Assembly (NCBI GenBank): GCA_905331295.1
Contig: CAJNYD010000023.1
Span: 1 to 64,000 of the forward strand
Direction: 5' to 3'
Origin: Rotaria socialis
Taxonomy: Eukaryota
Length of the DNA stretch: 64,000 nucleotides
Shown: in pieces, positions 1 to 10,935 of the stretch
Numbering within the stretch: the first letter of the stretch is position 1
Layout of the letters: the number at the start of each line of letters is the position of its first letter
Program-made: the position numbers and the translations under genes
The notes under the pieces: model-generated
What the model saw: the letters and a program-made list of their open reading frames with translations, nothing else
Databases searched by the model: none
What the model was told of the DNA's origin: nothing

Positions 1-37
1 TTTACCGTCGTATACGACCGTGTATGTTCGACCTGGG
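1..37. mobile_element. Right end of a CCCAGGTCGA-terminated MITE, truncated by the window edge
   Basis: Ends TGTTCGACCTGGG (25-37), identical to the right ends at 2781-2793 and 55503-55515. Interior is CCGT/ACG-rich like 1523-1743. Confidence 0.7.
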
Positions 38-149
38 AATAAAAGTTTGAACATTGTACTAATTTGGGCTATAGGAAATGAAGTATTCAAGTCTTACAAA
101 CACGATGGTGATTCTATAAGGCTAAGATGGGTTACAGCTATAAAAAAAT

Positions 150-298
150 TGTCGGATCCTTGACTTTCCCATAGCTTCCGACTGTCGGATTTTAGTGTCG
201 GAAATCATCGGATCCGACATCCGACAACTTCCTATCGGAAAGTATCGGATCATTTCGGGTTTCCGATGGGATCCGAGTTTCAGACCAATCGACCTGGG
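150..298. mobile_element. Partial MITE of the same terminus family, TCGG/CCGA-rich interior
   Basis: Ends TCGACCTGGG (289-298). Interior is dense in TCGGA/TCCGA in both orientations. Left TIR not found. Confidence 0.6.
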
Positions 299-1522
299 AT
301 GAGGTCACGAATAAGTTCAGTCGGTAACTTTCATCGTCAGTCACAGCGCTATTGTTCGATATCACAACCAGCGTCATTGTTCTTTTCTTTTCTCTCTCAT
401 ACTATTTATTCAGAGAGAAAATATGTACCAACTTGACAATGAGTAATAAAATGAAATATTTTTTTTCTCAAAAATATCCCATGATATATTCGGCCACCGA
501 GAACATGATTACGCTATCTAATATTTCTTTCTTATTTCTATTCATAGGAGAAGAAAAGTAGTAGAGAGTAGTAGAGATTGATGAACTGAAAATTTTTGGT
601 CATAGAGAGTAAGTCGAAAAAACATTATTAAAGAATAGAAAATTTCAATTTTATGAGATCTAGCAAAAATAGCTTATTTTCCATCGTCTAAAGTAAAAAA
701 GATATTGAGCATGAAAGACAAAAGTATAAAAAAGACTTTCTAGATTCGCCCCACATGGCTCTACATTTTTCTATTCTATTCTTCAATCTTAACATATTTC
801 GTGGTGTTGCTTTATGTACGAATAACAACAGAGGAAATCATATAAAAGAAGAAAAGATAATAAATATTGACTACGTATATCATGAAAACCAGTTACTTAT
901 ATATGTGTAACAGATCGTATGATATGTCAGATCTAAACTTCGTGTTGTATATTGCTTCACTTTTTTGCATTTATTTTGTCTTTTGTTGCCTCTAAATTAC
1001 TATGATAGTGTAGCAGCGGTAGATTTTCAATCGCGATGGACATCTCTGATTTTTAGTATTCTGATTTCGAATCTAACAGTCAGATTTTGTTTCAGAATCT
1101 TCTATCACACTATCTGGGAACTAGTTGTGAGTGAATATTTGAATACATTTCCACTCAGTCCTTTAGAATGTATTAACAAGAGCTATAACTAGAATAAGCA
1201 CATCACCATATAACTTCAGTGTTCACCATTAACTAATAGGGTTTGTTTAATTATAAAAACAAATTAAGATGAACAGATATTTCAAAATGATAACTAAAAT
1301 AAGCACAACTGATTGCATAAAGTAAATTTATTTGCTTAACTACTAGTTTCATACTGCAGTTTCTTTTTAACATTAAGTTGATAACTTCGACACACCGCTT
1401 ATATAGGTAGCATTTAACCAAATATGAAAAGAATAAATACAAGAAAAAGAAAATTAAATAAAAAATATAGATGTAACCATACATATGTCAATCTATTTAT
1501 ATTAACATCACAGGAGGCACAT

Positions 1523-1743
1523 CCCAGGTCGATTAAAACGGACCACCGTAAACCGGCGTAACATTACCGTAAACGGTTGTTTTTGCATCGTATTCCGTCG
1601 AAAAAAACGGCTGTTTTAAGCCGAAATAAGGCGTTTTAACAGGGGCAGTATTATGGTCATACAGAGACATTGTATATCAGCCGTAAAACGGGCTGTATTT
1701 GTATCGTATACGACCGTTTACTGGTCATTTTCTTCGACCGGGG
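1523..1743. mobile_element. Non-autonomous TIR element (CMC/EnSpm-like CCC termini)
   Basis: CCCAGGTCGA at 1523 and TCGACCGGGG at 1734-1743 (9/10 inverted match). ACGG/CCGT-rich interior. Flanks AT/TA, so no clear TSD. Confidence 0.75.
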
Positions 1744-2255
1744 TAGTATTTAAAGTTTTTCAGGTACAACTGTTTCACTTAATGAAATTGATGGAATTTT
1801 ACATATACCACAAGATGCACATGCAGCAGTCTTTCGATTTGGTTCAGGATTCATTGCTTGTGTTTGAAGATCATAAAATGGTGCTGATTGATGAATTAAA
1901 TAACGTTCATGAAATTGCATTGGTGTAAACGAATAAAATTGTATTAAACGACGAACAGCTTGAGTTTCTTCAACAAGTTGAGTTAATTGTCGTTGAACAG
2001 TTTCAACAAATTCTAAATTTTTCGGTGCATAACCAAGTAAAAAATCTGTATAAACAGTTGGTAATTGTCGTAGTTCATCAAGCTTAACTGATACAGCTTG
2101 AGTTAAATTTTTATTCTGTAGTATAACATGACATTCATCATCACATTCTAATTGTTGTTGTTGTTTTCGTGCAAGTATTGAATTTCCTATGTAAACTTTT
2201 AATGATTCAATGTATGATGTTAAATTAAAATCAGAATCTTTTTCATTAAATTCAT

Positions 2256-2433
2256 ACGTAGGATATCTTAGGTCAGGATTCGACTATTACCTGTCGCGAT
2301 TCGGCCACGAAATNCGTTTAAATCTGATAGAGCTTCTCAAGATGTACTTGGAAACAGCGTGTGGCAATTGGAAACATTTCGTGGCCGAATCGCGACAGGT
2401 AATAGTCGAATCCTGACCTAAGATATCCTACGT
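2256..2433. mobile_element. MULE-type MITE with 58-bp TIRs and 9-bp TSD
   Basis: Perfect inverted arms ACGTAGGATATCTTAGG...CCACGAAAT (2256-2313 / 2376-2433). TAAATTCAT is duplicated at 2247-2255 and 2434-2442. A 9-bp TSD is typical of Mutator-like elements. Confidence 0.92.
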
Positions 2434-2528
2434 TAAATTCATTTGGTTTTATATTAAGTATATAATTTTTTTCTTTATTAGATTTATTGGATTTTACATT
2501 ACAAATCACATTTTTTTCTAAACCACCA

Positions 2529-2793
2529 CCCAGGTCGATCAACTTGTGTCATACACGGCCGTTTGGTATGCACCGTATCACGGTCGTTTTGCATCGTGCC
2601 ACAAATGATCGTATACGGTCGGATACTGAAATATCCGACCACATTACGGCCGTTCGTAACCGTTTACGACACGGCGAAATATGGTGCATGTCAAAACGTC
2701 GAATTATGGTCGAAAACGTTATAAAACGGTAGTAAGCGTTGCCGTATACGACCGTTCACGATCGTATCAGGTCACCGTAATGTTCGACCTGGG
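2529..2793. mobile_element. Non-autonomous TIR element (CMC/EnSpm-like), 2-bp TSD
   Basis: CCCAGGTCGATCA ... TGTTCGACCTGGG, flanked by CA on both sides. Removing it plus one CA restores the NFX1 frame (ICPCGGLEK). Confidence 0.88.
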
Positions 2794-4299
2794 CACATGG
2801 ACATATAACTTTAACAATTGCATCACATATTGTTTCTGGACATGGTTCATCTCCATGACAAACTAAATTACATTTATGACCACATTCACGGCGTTTTAAA
2901 TTACATTGTTGTGTACATTTTTGATCAAATGATTGACATGAATGTTGACATGTATGAACTGTACATAAAAGAAATTTACCACATGGTTGACGATAGCATA
3001 CCGTTTCTACATGACATTGAACCTAAAAGGAAATAGATCTTTGTTAATTAATAATGGACAAAAACTAAAACGGATTTTTTTACATCAAATGACATATGTT
3101 CGCCAACACACATTTTTGGAACAGCATGTGTACAAGGTGGACATTCGCCATCATTATGACACCAATGATTAGCAGAATGACCACATTCATGTGCTTGATT
3201 ACATGAAAAAAACACATTCGCAGAGTTTTAAGACATGTAGATTGTGGTTTAATAACTGTTTCACCGCAATTACATTTGATTTCCTGATCGAACAATGAAC
3301 AATTTAGGCAAAAGTTGAAGTGGCATAATTCTTTATATGTACTAAACGAAAAAGAATATATAATAAATTATTATTTTTCTAGTTTTATATCAAATACATA
3401 CTGTACACCACAAGAAAGTCTTTTACCGCAGACTAATTCACATTGATGAATATCAAGATTACAGCATGTTCGATTACATCTATATAAAATTTCTTTTTTA
3501 CTTTTTTATTTAAAAAAATTACTAACCGATGTATTCTGCATGATTTTTCTTTTTTGCACAGTTGTTTGCAACGAAATGATTTTTCTATTGAATCATATTT
3601 CATTGCTTCTTTGCATAATATTGATTCAATTCATTGTCCACAACGACATTGAATAGTGAATTGTCTACTACATGATGGACATGATCCATCATGAGATGTG
3701 TCCGTACATTTATGATGACCACATGAAAGTAATTTTCCACAAGGTTCACCACCATGTGATAAACATGTTTGTTTGTTTATTTAATTGATCACATAGGTGA
3801 AATTCTTTTGGATGACAAATCTAAAATAAAATAAAATATTAATTTATTTAAATAAATTTACTAAATCACAACTATGATGTTGACACGATAGAACTTCTTC
3901 ACATAATTGTTGACAAGTTGGTAACTAAATAAAAGAATCTATTTTTCAAAAACAATGCCTTTTTTAATCATACTGGTTCAGCACATGATATTTGTTCATC
4001 AGTTTCTTTCAAAACGATGTCTACACCAAAACTCGACTAAATCAAATGAAATATATTAACATTATACAAACGTACAGAGAATGTTTTGTACTTACAAAAC
4101 ATGAACTACTTGATATTTCTTCCATTTTTATATTTATCACACAGATGCATACGTATATATCTATATTACATAGAAATCTAAGAGAGAAAATCACAGAATA
4201 GAATTAATGATATTTATATGCAAAGCAACATAAAACTAAAGTCGAAACATTTAAATAGAGTATTGATATTCTAATTTTCCCTATTTAATATTTTCTTTC

Positions 4300-6050
4300 G
4301 TTTAAGATAGCTCTCTTCAGCAGCAGCTAAATCTGTATTTTTTAATATCGAAACATGCTGTGCAGCATATCAGCATCTTTCAAAGGCAATTGATCAGTTG
4401 GATTTTGATGAAGCAACTAAAATAAAATCAAAAATTTTCTCACAAAAAAAACAATTTTTTAATTAATTTACTTTCGTAATAAAATCACGAAGATCAGATG
4501 ACGTTTCAATAGGAAATGTCAATTGAATTGATCGTATTCTTCGAATTGCTTCATGTTGAGTTTGACTATCAAATGGTGATTTACCAATAATCTTCAAAAA
4601 GCAATAAGTTTAATTGACTAATAGAATATGATTATCATTTCATATGTAAGAACACCAAGGCAGCAAAGATCAATTTTTTCATCATAACCATTTCCATTAA
4701 ACATTTCTAGTGGTTAATGATCTAATGTACCAAAAAGAGTTGCTGGTCTTCAAAAGAAAAAAAACATTGTATTTACATGAATAAATTTATCGTATAAATC
4801 TTACTTTCATGTCGATGTACTTTCAGCTAACGAACCAAAATCTGCTATAATAAAAACAAATATCATGAGAATAGTTCTGTAAAAAAATCTATAATTACTA
4901 TATTCATAAAATTCTCCAAACATATCACTAAATAGAAAAATAAAATAAAAATTGATATATTCATTTCAATATTCATACCGATAAATAACTCGTTTTGTAT
5001 GTAAATAACTTAAAGTAAAACAAAGTTGATAGACATACTAACATGTTTAGAAATAAAAGTATAAAAATAATACGTAAATTCTTACTTCAGCAGCTTCACT
5101 TTCACGTAAAGATTTTTCTGTTTGCATACGTCAATATAGTTCTTCACCGGACGTATATTAAAGTAATAGATAAATTCTTTGTTCATCACGAAAAAATTCA
5201 TAGAGACGAAGGATATTCAGATGTCTATAATCAATCTATTCGTTAATAATAAACTTAAGAAAACTAAAAGACTTGAACATACTTAAGATTTGATTGAATT
5301 TCTATTTCACGTTTTACATGTTGTTCCATTTTAGAATTTTTTAATGGGCCTTTAAATAATATCTATGATTGAAATAAAGCAAAGAGAAAGAAATTAACTA
5401 TTATTTTAATTACTTGATGAGCAACAACGAAACGTGCTTTGTTTTTCTCCATCACAATACACATAACCAAATCGACCACGTCCTAATAAATTACCTATTT
5501 CAAAATCTTCAATTGTCTAACTTGAAGATTTTCTATAAAAGACAAATCAAATACAATTATTTTTCATCAAATAAATATCACTGTGGCAAAATCCTATTTT
5601 TATATAGATTTAAGGAAGAAAAAAGGTTTGCCCACATTGATCAATACATACATACGTCGATTTTTTTCTCTTCATTATTAATAATTGGAATAGCCATTTC
5701 TGATGAAGGGTGTGTTGTTGGTGATGATACAATATCCGGTCTTAAAAACAACTTATTTTAAACATAACATTTTATTGGTATTTCAATGGGTGGAAATGGT
5801 GGTGGAGCCATAGTGTCTTGAATGTTTTCATGATTAAATGTTCCATTAGTTACTGTTACTTTTTGTAACAACCACAATAGAAGATTTACTTTGTGAAGTT
5901 TGAATTGCATGAAGTTGATTTGCATTAAGCTTTGAATTTCATGATACTTTATGACTTGAAAAGAATTGTTTAATTAGGGACACTGTAATAATATACAAAA
6001 CGAAACAATAATCGATACCAATTCTTTGCTTGGAGCCTCACGAAAAGATA
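4300..6050 (-). pseudogene. Aurora-family Ser/Thr kinase pseudogene
   Basis: Exon fragments translate to EIGNLLGRGRFGYVY, ILFKGPLKNSKMEQHVKREIEIQSNL, YLHTKRVIYR, ADFGSLA, ATLFGTLDH*PLEM, YDEKIDLCCLGVLTYE and IGKSPFDSQTQHEAIRRIRSIQLTFP, all Aurora-like. Stop at 4714-4716; the DIKPEN catalytic-loop segment was not found. Boundaries approximate. Confidence 0.85.
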
Positions 6051-6811
6051 CACCAATGATATTAAAGTGCGCTAGTCTCCATTAACATCTTAATTGGCAT
6101 ATATTTTTTTATACTAAATTTTCTTCAAAATTAAATTAAAAATTCTATAATAATAGCTAGAATTTTTTTTAAATCGAACCATTCAATGAGAATCTAATGT
6201 TATGGCATCCAATATGCCTGATGAAATTTATTATGCAAGTGAACAAATTTCAATTCCATTGGAATTACCCGATGTTTTACTTCAATTTTGTAAGGTACAA
6301 TTTGTACACGAATTGCTTTCCAAATATCGAAAATAATTTCAAAAAACAAAATCTCGAACAAGTTTCGTCATTCTCCGCATTATTTTCACTCACAGCGTCA
6401 TGCTAAACTTCAGCTTCACCGTCATTCTCTGAGCTTTGATCCCGAACCTAAAAATACATTTAGAACGAGAATTTGATGATATCAATCTTCCTCCGACAAG
6501 ATAAAAACAGTTGCAAGTGAGGTGTGAATGAACTATTTTTTTAGCAAACCAACAATATCTTTTTTCATAAGGATCGTTCCATAAAAAATTCTCCGGTACG
6601 CGTTTGCTCAAACTTTCTAAATTTTCAATTTTAGTCATTGTCTCATCTCATAAAGCGCACCAAAGTTAGTTCCATCCATCTTTAGCAATCATACAAGAAA
6701 ATTAACAATCATTGATTATCAGAGTGAATTCTAAATATTCATAATCACCATATTTGTAGCTTTTTCTTAGTATTTATTTAAATAGAACAAATTTTTCAAG
6801 AAAACCAATAT

Positions 6812-7320
6812 CTACAATAAAGGAAAATACGAATGGAAATTCTCTGGACAAACAAATGGTTCACGAATCAGAATGTATCTCAATCGGCTACAATTAAAAC
6901 GTGCTGCATCATTCGTAAAATTATTTGTTACGATTGCTAATGGTTCATATTTAATACCAAGTATTTTTAATCGAAGTAAACGAATGTTTGTTTTAAAGAG
7001 AAATTCTTCAACATAATCGATATGTGCGAACGCAAGATTCAGTTCGGAAAGTTCAGCAAACGTAATCAATGTAGATGAATGTTGCTTGTTCTTTTGTGGT
7101 TCCAAATTATGCACAGCTAATTGTCGCAGACAAGAAAAATCTTGAGAGATTATTTTAAAAATTCATGTTCAAATGAATGGGCATCATTCATAACCAGCCA
7201 TCGAACTGTATAGAAATTGCCACGCCGAAACGAATTGGTTAGATGTAAAAAAGTATCGAATTGATACGCAAGTGAATATCCATGGCATCTGGCTCCGATT
7301 TTCGTAACATTGACATATGA
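6812..7320 (-). pseudogene. C-terminal remnant of a bdelloid-type F-box/LRR-like family gene
   Basis: ORF ...ELNLAFAHIDYVEEFLFKTNIRL...VTNNFTNDAARFNCSRL...NFHSYFPLL resembles the C-terminus of that expanded family as I recall it. The upstream part is frameshifted and abuts a MITE. Confidence 0.5.
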
Positions 7321-7354
7321 ATCCAGATGTTGATATCCTATTTGGATAAAACTA

Positions 7355-7454
7355 TAGTTGAGTCCACTTATAAGAGCGCAGACAGGGTTTCTAAAAGAGG
7401 CTCTTAAAAGCGGACCGCTCCTTTATCCGGAGCTCTTATAAGTGAACTCGACTG
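7355..7454. mobile_element. Tc1/mariner-pogo type MITE (100 bp), TA TSD
   Basis: TAGTTGAGTCCACTTATAAGAGC ... GCTCTTATAAGTGAACTCGACTG inverted arms (about 23 bp, 3 mismatches), with TA on both flanks. Confidence 0.8.
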
Positions 7455-9051
7455 TATTGAATATATTATAACATACAGTGTATTGTGCTTAGACAAAGTT
7501 GAAATCGATTAAAAAAACTTCTTGAATTTGTTTTTCATCAGACAATGTTCTCATTATTTTACTAAAACTCACATATCAACTGTTAAAACATGAAATCTTC
7601 ATTTCTAAATAATTTTTTAGCCAAAAGGTTTTTTCGATACACAGCTACAAGATAAAAAAATACAACAAAACAAGAATTTAACCACCTGGGATCCGTAGGG
7701 ATCCCACAGGGAAAAACGCGTTTGAACAATATTTTGATTTCAGAGCTTGGATCAACAGCAACTAATTCAGACCGATGTATAAATTCTTAGTACGCCATAT
7801 TACCACCTGTTGAGATACAGTGTATAAATAACGTTGTAAAGAAACTTCGTTGAGTATGCGCTGATCACAGGTGGTGATATGAGGGTTAACAATGAAAATA
7901 AGAATATATATAATATATAATATATACACATGAACATATAGATCGTGAGTAAGGCTTAAAATATAGACGAGGACCTTCTCGTGCAGCAAAAATAATTATT
8001 ATTACATTAAAACAATAAATATTAGCTAGGCGAAACAATCTTGAAGAGTTTTGCAAAGATGGGAACAAGTGTCGACATTTATTTTTTCTATTATTTGTCT
8101 ATATCTAGTAATACACAATTGAATTGTGTTGAGAATTAAAAAAAATATCCTTTATTTGTTTTTCTGTCTTTGATATTACGATTACGATATATTTCGGCGC
8201 GTAACTTTCTTTTTTTATACCACGCGCAAGCATATACCTGTACACACTATTCACATAAATATTCTATTTTATCGACACATTTCGTGCTGTGCAAATATCT
8301 ATGCGAATTTTATGTACACCTATTCGCAGCCAAGTGGAGAAGAAAGAAAAGGACGAAAGAAAAAGGAAGATAAGAAATGAATAACGTTGCCGTGCTGCCT
8401 ACGTAACGAAAAAAAAACAAATATTGTCACTTACGTCTTCGTATAAAACACTTCATCGATAGACTCACAACATAAAACTTTGCATTTACACCGATTTTAG
8501 TTGATTTCATCGTGGTAAGTAACATAAAGAAATATACCTATTGCATAACACATTCTTAGCTGCTTTCAATCATACTGTACATTTCACATGAAATGAGTCA
8601 TTTTTGATCTGGTTCCACTATTTTGCAACAAGGCCATAGTTCTGATGGTTGGCAAAAGTTTTCCGAGCTATTTTAGTCGAATTATTGGACTGTTTCTTTT
8701 TCTATAATATTTTAACATGAGCTGAAAGAATCATAGAAATCATCTCGAAATCGATTATTTCGTTATTACTAAAGTAAATATTTTTATATAGACGATATAT
8801 ATATATATATTGTCACTCATACCCATCATGATAAGATGAAATCTATCAGGTTTATCAATTATATTTTCTTCTGTAAAATTTCATGTTAGACATTTTCATA
8901 GGAGAGCAGAGTAGATTCAAATATAAGATTCTATGTTTTTTTTCTTATTTATTGCTGCGTTTCAATATTATTTAAATTAGAAATAAAATAATAGTATATT
9001 TTTATTGTGTATTTCTCTAGAGTTTCAATGTTGTAAATAAACATATATCAA

Positions 9052-10673
9052 ATGGCCAAGAAAATAGATTTTGCCAATGAGTTGAACTTCGCTGATCTCT
9101 GTGAGGATATTTCAGATCAGTTTTTATCACTAATCAAAGACTATCGAGGTCAACCAGTAGTTTCACTCAAAGAAGCCATTAAACCAGTTTCTGGATTTTT
9201 CCATAAAATTGGCGATGATGTTTCTGTTGCATTAAACCTTGGTCGGCATCCACTTGACGGTTTAACTCAAGACGAAGCAGCTTCTATTCATTTATATTCA
9301 ATGGAATTATGTGATGGGCGAAGTTTTTATCGCTCACTCAATGAATCATTACGTGTTGAAAATTCTGAAGCATTGAAAGCTTGGTTTCCATTTCTAAAAT
9401 TATTACTTACAGCTCTGCACAAATTACCATTACATAGCGGAGCAGTAAGATGTGATACTCAAAGTGTTGACTTGAGTTCAAAATATAAAACGGGTGCAAA
9501 ATTTACTGATCGTGGAGTAAACGCTTCTAGTGCTTATGTTGAAATACTTGAATCCGATCAATTTTGGTGCAGACATGGTTTGGTCGTTCATAAGCAACGT
9601 TTGTTGTCTCCATTGATATTAAAGATGGTGAATCTAATCAAATCGGTCAAAGAGTTACCTCAAAAAAGAATAATATCGATGATATCGGGTATGATTCATT
9701 TTATAGTTGTCATTTTATTTTCTTAACTAAATAATGCAACGAAAGAGTTGAGAAAAAAATATTGAAAACATAGTATTATTTTCTGTATCTATCAAATATA
9801 ACAAAAATTAAGATTCTATATAAACACACTCTTGCGATCGAAGAACGTTTTTGGCTAAGAAAATAACTTTTCTTTTTTTCGACTATTATAGTGATTCCGG
9901 ACATGGGAAACAATCCTAGAATATCATCGAAAGGGATGAGCGTTGCTGAAGATCATCAAGAAGGCGGTGGAGCTAATCGCTGCCACCGCCTTTTCGATCT
10001 CTTCGTTGATGATGATCATCAAAAGAGCACCATTGATAGGTGCAATCATCGTATCTTACAATGGAAAATGAGTGGTACGAATGACCGAATGGTATCTAAT
10101 AGCCATGAGCAAGGAAATCGATTGAATTACTCAGTCGACATACTGATCGACAATGAAACGCGTAGTCGCATTATTTGTGATCGAAACAATCGACGATGGT
10201 CTAGTCTTAATGGTATCACTCCAGACAATGCCCTCCTCGACAACATCGTTTGTCGAGGATTAGCAATGGATGAACAGAGACGCCTGCATATCACTGACAC
10301 GCACCATCATTGCATGATGGTGGTGCGTGAAAGGTGCAAAAGAAGGTATTGTCATCCGAGGGTGTCAACCCAAAACTTTGATGCTGTCGACGAATTGTCG
10401 AATAGTCGACAACTCTTCGTTGATCCGTTGGGTACACTCTATGCAGTATACTACGAGACTTATCCAGTGATTACTTGGTCACATACGGCAACACATGATA
10501 ATGTAATTGTGGGTGGAAATGGTAAAGAAAACAAAACAAATCAATCCAACGACAATTTATACAATCGATGTTTTGAAACATCAAGTTCAACATGTTTCTA
10601 TTCAATAGATACAACAATATTGCTCATGTTTTTTTTCCTATTAAATAAATATCGAGAAATTAAAATGAAGTAA
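9052..10673 (+). CDS. Divergent ADP-ribosyltransferase-like domain + NHL-repeat protein (2 coding exons; possibly decaying)
   Basis: Exon 1 carries PVVSLKEAI..LTQDEAASIHLYSME..SFYRSLNESLR..LKAWFPFLKLLLTALHKLP, the bdelloid ART-family pattern. Phase-1 donor GTATGA at 9689 and acceptor AG at 9890-9891 join it in frame to NHL repeats (LFVDDD..NHRILQWK, DILIDNET..IICDRNNRR, NIVCRGLAMDEQRRLHITD). Confidence 0.65.
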
Positions 10674-10935
10674 TTATTCGAAAAATATTGATGAGTAGAA
10701 TGGTCACAGTTACCACATTCGAATTTCTGGTACTGCTTAATGTGATTACAGTCGATTTAGTTAAACGATTTTGTTTCTTTTTCTCATCCCGAAGTCAATT
10801 GTTCTATGAAAATTCTTCGCTTTGCAAACTTGAAATCTGTTTAAAATTTTCAATTACATTTTATTGAATTCTTGTTAAACAACAAACACAAGCAAACACA
10901 CAAACGTACAATATGATTCTCAATCTAAAGTCGGA

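Larger units (their letters stand above)
1497..4180 (-). pseudogene. NFX1: NFX1 (NF-X1 zinc-finger + R3H) pseudogene, 5'-truncated
   Basis: Manual minus-strand translation gives NF-X1-type Cys/His repeats (CYRQPCGKFLLC...RRECGHKCNLVCHGDEPCPETICDAIVKVICPCG), then LECDDEC and an R3H-like segment (YSFTPMQFHERYLIHQSAPFYDLQTQAMNPEPNRK), collinear with the NFX1 C-terminus. In-frame TGA at 3631-3633, frameshifts upstream, three TE insertions. Boundaries approximate. Confidence 0.85.

Noticed and set aside
2210..2542. Opposite-strand ORFs sharing VGYLRSGFDYYLSRFGHE
   Set aside because: Artefact of the 58-bp inverted arms of the MITE.
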